A stretch of 64,000 bases of DNA from the NCBI GenBank assembly GCA_964016885.1, contig OZ024742.1:182962001-183026000 (forward strand), in the 5' to 3' direction. How positions within the stretch are numbered: the first letter of the stretch is position 1; each line of letters opens with the position of its first letter. The position numbers and the translations under genes are program-made. Of this stretch, positions 11,324 through 25,330 are shown one piece after another. Under the pieces are notes generated by a model. It was not told the origin of the DNA. It saw nothing but the letters and a program-made list of their open reading frames with translations, and ran no database searches. The DNA comes from Eledone cirrhosa. Taxonomy: Eukaryota.

Positions 11324-12904
11324 CCAGCACATAAGACTGAATAGTTTATTAATAAAATACTAGGTTTTTTTCTGTATTACACATTGTTTGGCGTTCTAAA
11401 AAATGTAATTATTATATTGTCACAATGCTTTCAAAACCTACCACGAAACTCAATAATATATAAATCAATACATGTATATGCATATTGATATATGTTTGCT
11501 TGAATGTGAACACTCTTTTACCAGCATTCATGTATTTATGTGGATGGGAGAATACACGTATACATTTAAATATTCACATACAGTCAGTTATTGTAATCGT
11601 TTACCTTATTGCTCAATATTCAATAAATGTTACTGAAGCCGGGTTTAATCTGAAGCCGTTTTACTACCCTAAAAGTATACGATATGATAATTTTACACGA
11701 GGTTTATTTATTATATTTTATATAAAAATATATTATTGCGGAAGTATTTCAAGAGGTTTCACTTGGTAAACCTTTTTTTTTTTAGGTCATATGCCTTAAA
11801 ATAACAATTTTATATTAACACAATTAATCAGAGACGATACCCACTGCTACACATTCTTCGGTTTCAAGCACATTGCTTCGGCTACAAACGGGCACCACCG
11901 ATCTTAACGCTGTGGAGCGGAAGATAACCAAACACTGAGATTTCATTGACAGCTTCTTTTATCGTGTCCGTTGTCGTCCAGACCTCCGGTTTCCTCGGGC
12001 CTCGGACTGACGTTTTCTTCCGCAAAATCGGAAGGAGTGCATCCCGCCTGAGGAAAGAAAGATCCCCAAGAGGTAAAATGGCTTGTGAAACGGGTGTCGC
12101 TGCTGTTCTCCGCGGCTAGGCTTTCGCCATTTTTCCACTGTGGGAGCTGAGATATAACAACAAGCTACATTTTTAAGGTTTGCCCTCCCTCGTATTATTT
12201 AATATTTCTTCCACTTTCATTTTTTCATTTTTTTCTCTCTTCCATAACTTCATAGAATCGGCTGTTTGCATCCCCATCTACCTTATCCAACTTACCAAAT
12301 TTGTAAGCTGTCTCTCACAGACTTCATTGAGAGGAGGCGTTCGAGATTATTGTATTCTAACAAATATATCGCAACACTATACTCATGTATAAAGATATTA
12401 GATTGGTAGAGTCGTTAAAACGTTGAAAACATTCATTATATTTGTTCCATGTCTCCTGCCGGACGAATAAGCAGCCCAGGACCAACAGCGGTAAACTACT
12501 AGGGTTGATGGAGCAATGGGTAACACCTTTAGCTCCCAAGAAAACTCTCACAAACCAGTGATGTAGCTCGACGACGTGAGTGCAGGTCACCTCTAAAAAA
12601 GCTTAGTTTTTGCGGGTCTAAGAAAATTAACAAATTGGTGACTGGCACGAATAAGACCGCTAAAACTGTTATATGGTTAGACATAATAAAAACAATCATA
12701 CCGAATCGTCCTTCGCACAGGTTAAAAAGGGACGCAATCAGGCCTTATGAAGAGGGGCCGGTTCGAAAAATATATTGCAGTCTTCGTCTCATGCAGCAAG
12801 AACATGAGATGAACCTGCGACGTGTCCTGGTAGGCTGAGATGGATGCAGAAAAGTTCCCTTTCCTGAGACCTCAAAGAGCGTTCGGAAGGAATCAAACCA
12901 TAAC

Positions 12905-13045
12905 ATCACATCTTTACGTTCTGAGTTCAAATCCCGACGAGATGAACTTTATCTTTCATCCTTCCGAATTCAATACGATAAAGTACCAGTCAAGTACTGG
13001 AGTCGGTATAATCGACTTTGCCCTCCCACAAAAATTATTGGCCTT
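12905..13045 (+). mobile_element. SINE family A body (likely head at ~12400, separated by a ~450-bp insert)
   Basis: tttacgttctgagttcaaatccc..ctttcatccttcc..gataaagtaccag..ggccttgtg. Confidence 0.75.
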
Positions 13046-14714
13046 GTGGCTTGATTAGAAAATTTCATATTTATACATTCAATCTAGTGAGACATAATTC
13101 TCCCAAAGTAGTGTAAGCCAGAAAATCACAGATAATGTATTTAGTAAGGTGTTCCATTACATATTATTTACCTTCCACACTCCTCCGACAGTTTCTTTTC
13201 CTTTTCTTGGTATCGTGATATTTCAGTCGAGAAGAAGCCAACCGTATTATCTATGTGTTCATTGCTAAGACATGGTAATGCATTTATTTCTGGCTGACAG
13301 GGAAGCAATAAAGACAGGAGAAATATATATAGCAATGAGACGGGTGACTTGCTTTCCTCACGACCGTTAAATCTATAATACTTGTAAAGTTGTAAGCATA
13401 AACAATTCCTAGAAAGCGTTATGGCATATGCTGTATGATTGATTTACCAAACCGTACCTTAGTTGTCAATTTTCATATGGCAAAGAACACTTTAGCGATC
13501 CTTGTATCTAACAAATGGCAGAGCAATTAAATATGTTAATATCATGTTAGTAGCAGAACAAGTAATATAGCAAATAGCAGCGGTACCTACAAAGATTTGT
13601 ACAAAACGAATTTTGCGGTGCTTCTGTTGAAATTCTTGCACTATATGGCCTACGATTGACAAGAGCAGACACATTAATTTCAAGCTCTCAATCAACAAAA
13701 GTTAATTAAGCGTTACATTAGATAGCTTTGTAGTTGAACTAGAATTGTATTACTAGTTTGTTTGTTGTTTTGTTTCGTTTTTAGATTTTTTTGTTGTTTT
13801 TTATTGCTATAGCTTTTTATCAACTAGTTATTAACAACTTAGATGCATTTTAACAATGAAGCGATTTGTGTTCAAATATCTTTCAAATAATTACTTCATT
13901 TAAATGCCTTTTAATAATTAGTTAAGTCATATTGATATAGTTGGTCTTAATTATCTTTTATCTATTTATAGTCGCTATGAAACATTTACCATTCGTGTAT
14001 AATTAAGATATGCAATTCTCGTTAACGTTTTCCCTTCAAGGTATTAAATCTTCAATCCTGCTACTGGCTAGAAATGAATACAGTCATTACGCCATTTCAT
14101 ATTCCAGCTCTCCAATTTAATTGAAGATCCTCATTAGACCATGGATTGGCATCGGGGAATTTCTCTCCAAGGCTCATGTCTGGACAAGGATTAGTTGAAG
14201 AGGATCAGCAGCCCTCACCCCATCCACCATGCATGAACATCTCTCGTTGTTAAGCTACAGGTAATATCCAAGGAAAAGACAAAGGCTAATACAGCTTGGC
14301 ACCAGTATTGTAGCATTCAAAATCAAAACGCAAAGGGACTGAAAGCGATAATTCTATAACAATTACACCAATCCTGAACTGATACTTTATTTATCGACCC
14401 CAAATGGATGAAATATAATGTTAACCTCAGGGCAATAAGTGGATCAAATACCGCATGGCATTTAATCCCACGCCCTAAAACCTCTGCCAATTCGCCGCTT
14501 TTGTATTATGTATATATACATAGAGGCGCGCGTGTGTGCAATGTGTATGTGTGTCTAGTGTGTGTGCGTGTGCTCTCTTACCCTTAGAATTTAAAATGTA
14601 TTACATATTAAATTTATAGTGAAAACTAATAGTGCGAACAGCGCACAAAAACAGCATGAGCACAGAAATACGCATTGTGTGTTTAATATAAATATATATA
14701 TTCTGTTGGTGCGT

Positions 14715-14779
<65 letters not shown>

Positions 14780-15589
14780 GCAGAAAGAAAACACTCGTAT
14801 ACAAGTGTATACACAGGCATATACGCATGAACAAGCAGGCACATAGCCACATCCCGCCCACAGCTCTCACACATAAAAATGGTAGCGCGCGCACGCATAC
14901 ACACACACACTTACCGTCACCCACAGGCAAGCTCTTTGCATAAGCTCACACAGACATTTTTATCTTAATATATTCATGTTTCCTCTTCTTTTCATTAGGC
15001 AATATGGCTACCCTTTTCATTATCATCAATTTCCCTCACCCCTCTCTCTCTTTCTCTCTCTTTAACACACACACACATCATTCGTCTATCTATCTCACTG
15101 TTCCTTCCTGTCACCTTTTCTTCCGACTTACATTATAACCATTTTGTTTTCAGTGAAGATGACGAAGAAGAAAGATGAGGAAGAGAGAAAGAGGATGAAT
15201 AAAAGAATAAAAAGAATCAAAAGAAAAAGATGAAGAAGAATAAAAAGAATAAAAAGAAAAAGATGAAGAAGAATAAAAAGAAGTGAAAGAAAAAAATGAA
15301 ACAAATAGAAAAAGGATGAAGGGTTAGAGGAGATGATAAAGGGAGAAAGAGGAGGTGAAGATGAAAGGAAAGAGAATGAGTAGGAGGAAATAAAAGATAA
15401 GAAAGCAGGCAACCTTCTAAGCTGGTGGTGGTGGTGGTGGTGTCGGCGGTCGGTGGTGGTGTGTTTAAAGCCTATCTTTCATGATTGCTAGAGATAATGT
15501 CTCTCGGTTGGACAAAGAATAGCTCTCAATTTGTCGCCATCCAAGCGAATATGATAATGTGTGGTTTAGATAGGGGTGTGTCAAGGGAA

Positions 15590-15607
15590 CACGTGACCTA
15601 TATAAGG
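15590..15607 (-). promoter_or_regulatory. Candidate TATA box with adjacent E-box (CArG-like context)
   Basis: cacgtg-a-cctatataagg in unique sequence; minus-strand donor AT|GTAAGT at 15126-15131. Confidence 0.3.
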
Positions 15608-16329
15608 TGGTCGGGTACGTGTGGAGGAAAATGGAGTAAGTGCAATGCAAGACGCTAAATTACTAAATAATATCTGTTATAAGGAATGCACCTCCGTCGG
15701 TTTTGCGATGAGTGTTTTATTGGCTGATCAACGCAACAGCATATTCATGAAAGTGACTGAGCATTCCACAAAACATGTATCTTAACGTAATTCGCAGGGA
15801 GATTCAGCGTTAGAGTGAGTGACAAGGTTGGTCCTTTGAATTACAGTCAATTCTACTGTTTTCGTTAACCCATTTTGACTTCAGAAAGTATACGCACACA
15901 TCATTACACGCATACACGCTCACACGAATACCACAGCGCATATACCTATTAATCTACATACACACACAATATAAAAGATGACACCAAATCTAGCTGTGTA
16001 AGATCAAGTAGTGAAAAGGATCGTTTCACCATTACCAACAAATATATTATAGAAACTATGCATTACCATGGATGTTACCTGATGATGTATGGTATAGGCG
16101 TGGTGTGTGTACGTATGTATATATGTGTGTGCTTGTGTTTGTGTATGAAATAGAGGTGTATATGGGCCCATATACAATATATCTATGTATAATAAACATG
16201 CATATAGCCTTGCTAAAAGTATGTTAACCTGGGATCATATCACAGCTACCTCAGTACTGGTGTAATAGAGCTAGTATTATTATCCATTTTCAGATCAACC
16301 TAGCTTTTTATCTTCACGGGGTTGATTAG

Positions 16330-16500
16330 TAATTGTTTCTACTTTTGGCACAAGGCCAGCAATTACCCAGTGCATTACTGGTACTTTATTTTATCGACCC
16401 CGTAAGGATGAAAGGCAAAGTTAACCTCGGCGGGATTTAAACTCAGGTACCAGAGTTAGATTGGCAAAATTGTTAAAGCGCCGGACGGGATGCTTTCTGC
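16330..16500 (-). mobile_element. SINE family A (further copies ~14380-14500, 17215-17350, 19940-20085, 20125-20270, 46212-46390, 59238-59420, 61045-61155, all minus; 37150-37250 and 57270-57335 plus)
   Basis: cacaaggccagcaatta..ggtactttattttatcgaccccgtaaggatgaaaggcaaag..cggcgggatttgaactcag recurs at these sites. Confidence 0.85.
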
Positions 16501-17915
16501 TATTTGTCCCTGCCCTGTATGTTCTGAATGTAAATACCATCTTCTTACAGGAAAACGATGTCGCTTCTGCCAAGAGCTGTGACCAGCAAATGCTACCAGC
16601 AATTGAAAAACCAATGGAAACACTAGACCAATTGTCATTTCCATCACTCAGCTTAAGTTCTTTCTTACAATGTAGATAACTGATTGCCATTTCTACCGCA
16701 CTTGTATCCAGTTTGATTTAGTATGCTGTTGAAAGGTATGAACGCCAGACAGAAACTGAGTAAAAGGAGGGAAGTCTCTTGGAATATTCATTTGATTTTG
16801 TTTGACAATTCTTTCCTTAGTAGGCAATCATTTCTTTTCCATTTCCTTAACACATATTCGATATATATATATTTGTTTATTACTTATGGCTAATGTGTCC
16901 AGAATCTACAAATTGTGAACACAGTAAACAATCTTTTGGTTATCAAACTGTATCATGTTCAGACCTGCCTTTCATCACTGATTGTTTTATGTTTTATTGA
17001 TTAGTAACAAGCCAGTTTCGTTGATATTAGCCTTTACCTTATTCTCTCGTTTCTCCTGGGTGGATGTACTGACCTATAACACCAGCTGGAGTCCTGAGGG
17101 TATTTTAAACCTGGTAGAGCTTATCACCTATTCAGGTCTGAACACAACCGGTTTCTTGGTGGAGAGAGAGGAAGTGAAAAAGATATGTTGTAGTGTAGAG
17201 GAAGAATCGATCCCACATTTGGACTGGTACATGTTTCATCGACCTCGTGATGATAACATTTACCTTGGCGAATTTTGAACTTAGAATTCAGAGGGCCGGA
17301 ACGAATACTGCAAAGCATTCTGTACGGCATTCTATCAACTCTGCCAATTCGTCTACGATACGGTATTGACTATTTTAGGCACGCAGAGGTTTTTGTCTGT
17401 AGTTAGAGAAGTTTGATATTTTTCAGTCTTGGGTATTGAGATGGGTTTATTTTCCTTCAGTGGATCAAACAACTTGTGATTGTTTTTTTCATTCAACTCT
17501 TTTTATACTAAACCACTTGAAACCTTCCTTGGTTCAACAATACAAAACTATTTGCTTTAAAATTTCTATATTTATTTTAAAATGTTGCATCATAATTTTC
17601 TGTAAGAAACTTTGTTAAGCAATGTTCCAGCCTCTGGCTTAATAATCGTTTCTGGTATTGATTTTATTCTTACTCCTACTGGTAGCTAATCGATGATTGG
17701 TGAAAATATTGATGAAATAACCCATTAATATATAAAAATAGCGTAGATATCCATTACCGTTTTCCACAATTAATATTGGTTTTCTTCGTTATTATACAAA
17801 TATGCATAGAAAGAGATGGAATAGAAGGGTTTTTTTTTTTTTACAAAATTGTCAACATAAATCAGCCCATGTTTATAATCAATGTATTTACATGTGAGCT
17901 TTATTACATGATATG

Positions 17916-19060
17916 CAGTGATGGCCAAACGTTTAAGACCACTCTAAGGTTTTTAATAAAATCAAGATCCTATAAAAATGAAAATAGAATTTCAAACTCA
18001 CTTTGAAGCCTCAACTGTATTGAATATATGTTTTCAAACATCTATGTTACTATAAACTAATATTTTGTATGTACACATTTTGCCCTAATGACTACTTGAA
18101 TATGACGAGGCATACTGAATATAATAACCTAGCAATATCTCTGTGAAAGTTCTTTAATCCATAGTCCTTAATAGCCTCCACTAACACTTTTGCACTGAAT
18201 GGTTGCACTGAATGGTTGTTCTTCCTGTATTCCCACAACTTTCCAATGGGGTTGAGGTCAGAGATATTTCCAGGTCATTCTAGTATTGTGACCATAACCA
18301 TTAAAAAGTATTCTTTCACAATCTTGGAGAACTATCGAACATGGATATGATACAGTGATGTATGTGTATCTTCAGTTTATTCTTCAACAGTTCCAAATAA
18401 TTTCCGCCAATCATAGTTGTCCCAGTGTCAAAGAAATATCACACCAGATCATCTGATCATCATTGTGTGTGGATTTCATTTTTTGTGCGGTATATTTTTC
18501 ATATTTTTTTCCACGGGCCCTTCTGGTATGATGCTATCGTACTACAAACTGCTGCTGTGTGGATTCATCGGAAAACATAACTTTTTCCCATTGCTCTTTA
18601 GTCAAATGCTCATGCTAATTTGTGAATGTCAAACTCTTCATTTTTATATCCAATGTCAATCTTGGCTTGTAGGCTGGTTTGCAAAATTTCAACCTAAATT
18701 CAAAAACCAACTGAATTGATACAATCCCTCTCTGTACCTCTTTATAGCAGTGCTGCTCTAAGATTTTTGCATGAATTGTAAGAAAACGTGAGGTGATGTT
18801 TAGATGATATAATTATTTTTAAAAGTGTGGCCACTTCTCTTCTTGCCAGAATATGAGCCACAAATTTGACATTTGTTAATAGCATTATGGATTGTTGTCC
18901 TGCTACAACTTATTTTAACAGAAATCTTATGCTCTGAGTAACTTGTGTTGTATAGCGCTACAATTTGGGCTCTTTGCATGTCAGAACATATGGGTTATTT
19001 GCCTATTTTGAAGGATACACACTTGACAAGAACATTAGTTTAAAACTAACATACAACTTT
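17916..19060 (-). mobile_element. Decayed Tc1-family DNA transposon
   Basis: CAGTG-atggccaaacgttt terminus; minus strand near 18240-18275 encodes GNISDLNPIGKLWE, cf. Tc1 SPDLNPIENLW. Confidence 0.7.
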
Positions 19061-19177
19061 AAAACCAACATTAGCAAAACATGGTGCTAAAAATATTCAA
19101 ATGATGATGATGCAATAATTTGGAATAGTTGATAAATCTAAAATCTTTGCTTAGTTGTTTTAAAATATTGACCATAA

Positions 19178-19244
<67 letters not shown>

Positions 19245-19319
19245 AAAGTTGGACGGGAACAAAAACAGAGAGGTAGACAAATAAAGGTTTATTAGGTTCA
19301 CGCTCTTGAGAGTGGAGTG

Positions 19320-19354
<35 letters not shown>

Positions 19355-20283
19355 CGAAGGAAGTGTGGTAAGGAACCAGATGGACCATAACGCACCAGAG
19401 TACTCAATACTTAGCGTAGTAGAGTGGGCTATTTCTGAACTAAATTAGAATTTTTAGCGTGGTAATAAATAGCCGAACTTTTCAAGGGGTAATTCCTATA
19501 CAGCAAATTCTAAGGAGTGTGTATGAAATTAGGCTAGTTAAGAAACAGGCGAAAAGGATACTGAGAGTGGGACGTTATAGAATTAAAAGGTTAATAAATT
19601 GAGATTAAAAGATAATAAATAAAAAATAATTCACTTTCATAAGTAGAGTATTTAGACTGCATGATGTGATCTGAGAAAGGAAAGATCTGGCTTCTATCGA
19701 ATATAGACTGTATATTTCACGGGCTGAATTTGTTGTTGATGTAACTGTTCTTGTTGCTGCAAAGCCTGGTATGCCAATAAAATATATTTTCTACTTCTTT
19801 CCCTGAATTTCTGATGGAGCCGAAGAAGCGCTGTCTTAAGCATTTTAAACTTGGCCATCCCTCTCCAATTTCTTCCCCCACACCCCTCACACACGCATGC
19901 ATAGAGGGAGTGGAGGGAGGAGAAAAAGAGGAGGTTCCAACACCAGTACTAGACTGGTAACTTATTTATCAAACTCAAAAGGATGAAAGGCAAAGTTGGA
20001 TTCGATGATATTTGAACTCAGAGCACAGAGATGGAACAAATACTGCAAAGCATTCTAACCTTCATTCTAACGACACTTCGACGCCATATTAAGATATCAC
20101 TAAATCCTAAAGATATTACTAATGTACTGGTACATTATTTTATCGACATAAGCTTGGATATAAGGATGAAAGACAAAGTTGACCTCAGCGGGATTTGAAC
20201 CTAAATTGCAGTGATCCGGAACAAATACAATGACATTTATTCCGACGCCCCAAAGACTCTAACAATTCGCCTCTCTCTCTCTG

Positions 20284-20326
<43 letters not shown>

Positions 20327-20633
20327 GGTAATTCCGACACTGCTCTCTCTTTCAAACACAATCCCTCACTCTTACCAACGCAGACACACACACATGCAAT
20401 CGTACATACAGAAACAATCACACACATACATACAGAGACATGTATATAAACGCGGATTTGCACGCAAACAAATACACACATACATAGAAACAGACACACG
20501 CACACAAACATGGATATGCACACATAAACAGAAAAACATTGTTTGGCGAAATAAATTATTGAACAATACAAACTTCTTTTTATATTGTTTATGCAGTTGA
20601 ATCAATAAACAAGTATTACTTTCTTTCTGCCAC

Positions 20634-20715
<82 letters not shown>

Positions 20716-21153
20716 CTACGCGCACATATACACACACACTGTCTTTCTCTTCCATACATATACACGCAGGCACACACTCTCCTCCTCTCCTACACACACA
20801 CACGCACTGTCTTTCTCACTCATACATACACGCTCCCCTCCTCTCTCTGCCTTATTGTTTATACAGTCTTTGCTAAGATAGTATGGCGACAGCCACCTAT
20901 AAGAGAGGATTATGGGATAACAATCGTTCACTGTTTCAAATAAAATGGTTGTATGCATACCTTATCTTACAAACATTCTTACATTCATACCCCTCTCTCT
21001 CTCTCTCTCCCTCTCTCCCTCTCTTTCCCTCCCTCCCTCTCACACACACACACACACACACGAATTTATAGATAAACATACAAGCATTCGGTCATTGATA
21101 AGTAGATATATAATAGATTCACACACTACATTTAAATAAAGAATTCATATATA

Positions 21154-21198
<45 letters not shown>

Positions 21199-22027
21199 CA
21201 GCAGTAGTCCTTACACAACGTAGTAGAATGGAGAAACCTATGCAATATGTTTATGTCTAATAAACATACACAAGTCTCCCTGAGAGTATTTAACTCCGAT
21301 CATTTCACAGCTACCTAAGTATCCAGGTTGTTGTTGGTGTTATTTGTTTATATATTTATTGATGTTTTGGTGGTAGGGTACTCTAGAAAATGCTTACATC
21401 TCTTTTTCTGGTAATTTACCTCGTTGTTCAGTACGAAAAAACACAACGCAATCAGATCAATTATTTCGCACTGACTCTAAAGATATTGTGATACTAGATG
21501 GGTGTCCACAAAGTCAGCAATAAAGGCAGTCTTTTAGAATTTATCACCTTTAGAAGTTACTTTGCAGAAAATTCTAGATAAAACTGTACCTGTAAGCAGC
21601 TCGCTAATGCAAAGAGTATACTGCAAATAAGCGGAACTTATGAATTATTAATTGTTATATTCTTGAGGTAAATGATAGACAAAGTTTTCAATTTATCCAC
21701 ATATTTAAAAAACAGTGTAGATCTGATATCAGCTTTCCATTCAACGTTTTGAAAAAGATCTGACAAATGAATCTCAAATAAATTGAATATCAAGAGACTT
21801 GGCTCGAAAATGTAAAATTAATTCGAAATACAAGCAGGACAGAGAATGTAAATAAAAAGATTCCATGATACAATGTTTCATTTTGTTTCCATTTTAAGTT
21901 TATAACTAAAAGAATCAAATAACACGTTTTTATTGTTTTGTGATTTATGACCTTACTGTAAAACGTTAAACAGAATTGATATAAGATATGTATCATACAT
22001 ATGGCATATAAATATATATATATATAT

Positions 22028-24378
22028 ATTGTTATACTTGGGGAGGGTCATATTTGTGTAATATTGCCAGAATTAATAACAGAACACACTCACTGTTTGG
22101 TTGGTTTTCGCTTTTCGCTTCTGTGTCTTTTATATCGGTAATCTAATTTATTCGGTCCTCAATGTTGCCATTGACTGACCAACGGTCAAAAAGAATACAG
22201 ATACAATATAGACACAAACACATATATATAGTTTATCAAAGTTCTTTCGTTGCACATCTGCAACATCGTTAGTGGTGCTATTGTTTCCTCCCGTTACATT
22301 GTATTTTCTACGCCATCTTTATTTAGTCTGTTTATATATTTATTTATTTGTTTATTTTATTTTGTCTTCTTTGCGCATGCGTTTGCGTGTGTGTATAGTG
22401 TTTTGTTTGATGTGTGTTCGTGATTGGGTGACTGTGTATTGGTTAATGTATTCTATCTTTACTAGCCTGTGTTTATATGTGTTTGTTGTTATTGTGCTTG
22501 TGTATGTATTTATTTATTTATCTATTTATTTATTTATTTATACTTCTCTTAGGTCAGTGTTGTTTGTTTGGGTGTTGTTGTTATTCCATTCATTCTTTCT
22601 GTTTAGCCTTGGCCTTCTAAGTTCTATTTCACTGGCCTCTCTGATTTGCCTATCTGCTGGGTCATTTCTATGTTTAGATATTATTCTAATTTCCATGTTG
22701 TCTATGTTACCGTCGTGTTGTTGTCTGGCATATTCGTATAGTACTGATCCGTTTTTTCGTCCTTTTAGTTCCCCCCAGTGTTGGTCTATCCTTTCACCTA
22801 TGCTACGAGCTGTCTCGCCTATGTATGTTGTTGTCATGTTTCTGCAAGTACCCTCTGTACATCTTATGCTTTAGACTACGTTTCTAGTTTTGCAGTTTAT
22901 CCGGGGGTTTACCTTACATATGATACATTTCCTATTAGTACAGTGGGTTTTCTTAAAAGGGTAGGTTTTGCTGATCAGGGGTTTTATGGGGGTTCCTGGC
23001 TTTTCTACCACCTTAATCTTTAAGTGGGTCTTTCTCAGGGCCTTTCTACACTGGTTAGCTAATTTCCCTCCAGGGGTAGCGTCCACAAACATGACACTCT
23101 GGTATCTCTGGTTGTCGTACCATGAGGTGGCTTTCCCTATCTTATGTCTAGTCCTATCTAAGCTATTCCCTGATTTGCTCCTGTATAATGGGCAAATTCC
23201 TTTCATGTCCAGTTCTATGAGGGTCTTATACTTCTCCATGGCTCCTTCGTATACTCTGACTCTGTCTCTTTGGTTGTAGCCAGAGAACTGCATACGGTTG
23301 ATGAAGTGTTGGATGTGTCTTTCCATTTCCGTTGGGTCGCACATGCGGGACACATTTTTCATCACTCGTACCAAATCTGCGATCAGAATATTAAACTTAG
23401 CACTACTGGACATTGCTGAGTTTTGAGTATCAGGTATTTGCAGGCCATGGGTTTAGCATAGTGTGAGTGGAGAATTTGGGCTCTCTCGTCTATAGTGTTA
23501 ATCCAGAGTTCCGTGTCTAATACAGGTAGTCTATTGTTAGGGTGTTTGGAATGGTAGTCGATAGCTACAGTCATACTCTGGTGTATGGAATTAGCTATCT
23601 GCTGGATGCTTTCCATTGTGCTACTTTCTAAATCAAACTTGTTAGTGCTCTCTAGTGGGGATGTTCTTATAACTATATTGATATCGTCTACGTAACGAGA
23701 GTACATGATGAGGTCTATGGAGCTGTCATTAAGGAGATCTTTAAGTCTCCTTTCCCACCATACCATAAAAAGGTTGGCAACATCACCAGCTATGCTGACG
23801 TCAATGGCTGCTCCCTCATTTTGGGTGTAGATCTTCTCGTTGAACTTGAATATGTGGCCCTTTAGGGTAGTTTTGATACTAGCCCCTATTGCATGTGCGA
23901 CCATTTTTCTTACCTGATCATTGTTTTGGGGGGTCCGTATCACGAACACACATCAAACAAAACACTATACACACACGCAAACGCATGCGCAAAGAAGACA
24001 AAATAAAATAAACAAATAAATAAATATATAAACAGACTAAATAAAGATGGCGTAGAAAATACAATGTAACGGGAGGAAACAATAGCACCACTGACGTGTT
24101 GCAGATGTGCAACGAAAGAACTTTGTTAAACTATATATATGTGTTTGTGTCTATATTGTATCTGTATTATTTTTGACCGTTGGTCAGTCAATGGCAACAT
24201 TGAGGACCGAATAAATTAGATTACCGATATAAAAGACACAGAAGCGAAAAGCGAAAATCAACCAAACAGTGAGTGTGTTCTGTTATTAATTCTGGCAATA
24301 TTACACAAATATGGCCCTCTCCAAGTATAACAATATTTGTTTCGACACACCATTTCATATCAAAAACCTCGCAAAACT
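22028..24378 (-). mobile_element. 5'-truncated Penelope-like element with tail-to-tail inverted pLTRs, inserted in (TA)n
   Basis: RT and GIY-YIG ORFs; 22028-22423 is the reverse complement of ~23938-24335; (TA)n on both flanks. Confidence 0.93.
22538..23930 (-). pseudogene. PLE reverse transcriptase + GIY-YIG endonuclease, disrupted into three ORFs
   Basis: IYTQNEGAAI, YSRYVDDI, LPVLDTELW, Cys-rich linker (C..C..C..CKTRNVV*), YIGETARSIGERI; one frameshift and one stop. Confidence 0.92.
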
Positions 24379-24431
24379 ATATATATATATATATGTATAT
24401 ATGAATTATATATATAAATTATATATATAAA

Positions 24432-24617
24432 TAATTGTTTCTACTTTAGGCACAAGGCCAGCAATTATCCAGTGCATTACTGGTACTTTATTTTATCGAC
24501 CCCGTAAGGATGAAAGGCAAAATCAACCTCGGCGGGATTTGAACTCAGATCGTAAAGGGACGTAACTATGCTGGAAATCATGGCGTCCGACCCTCTACCG
24601 ATACTGCCAATCCACCA
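24432..24617 (-). mobile_element. Full-length SINE family A in (TA)n
   Basis: Complete head to tail; tatatataaataat is repeated on both flanks (possible TSD). Confidence 0.88.
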
Positions 24618-24659
24618 TTATATATATAAATAATATATATAAATTATATATATAAATAA

Positions 24660-24912
24660 ATTAAATAAAAATGGCGTAGACATTCCAATACAATAGGAGA
24701 AAACATAATAGTACCACTGATGATGTTGCAGATGTGTGACGAAAGAACTTTGATAGACTATATATATATATTTATATCTGTATTTTTAACAGTTGGTCAA
24801 TCAATGATAAACATTGATTGCCAAATAAATTAAATTAACTATAGAGATATAAAAGATACAGAAGAGAAAACCAACCCAAACCAAACAGTGAGTGTGTTCT
24901 GTTATTATTATG
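24660..24912 (+). mobile_element. Solo PLE pLTR fragment with HHR core (24713-24754)
   Basis: CTGATGA-t-GTTGCA-gatg-TGTGAC-GAAA-gaac-TT-tgat; near reverse complement of 1120-1365. Confidence 0.85.
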
Positions 24913-25034
24913 TATGTATATAGTGTAGTAAAAAAAACGGGTTATATTCAAAGTTGGTTAAGCACTCATTCAAAAAGAAGAGTATAGTATTGATTTCAAA
25001 ACAATTGCCAAACTATACTTGTGTGTGTATGTGA

Positions 25035-25330
25035 AGGACCGTGAGATTATGAGTTCGATTCCCTGCCAAGGTGATTCGTTGTACATTTGAGCAAGACACT
25101 TTATTCCTAGTTGCTCTAGTTCACTCAGCTAAGTTGCAACGTCACTGGGGTCAAGCTGTATCGGCCTTTGCCTTTCCCTTGGACAACATCAGTGGTGTGA
25201 AGAGGGGGGACTGGTGTGTATGGGTGACTGCTGTTCTTCCACAACACTCATTACCCGGTCTTGTGTCTCGAAGAGGAACTTTCTATGTGCAAAACCCATA
25301 CTCATTCGAAGAAGGTCTTTACTCTTTACC
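25035..25330 (+). mobile_element. SINE family C (reverse copy 53117-53395)
   Basis: gagttcgattcc B-box, ttgagcaagacactttatt, ggctggtatgcatgggc..cttccaca shared between copies. Confidence 0.75.

Noticed and set aside
12047-12070. gaggaaagaaagatcccc resembling the RNase MRP P4 5' strand
   Set aside because: No matching 3' P4 strand or Pol III context found
13492-13698. 68-aa hydrophobic ORF
   Set aside because: No ATG start, no recognisable family, AT-rich context
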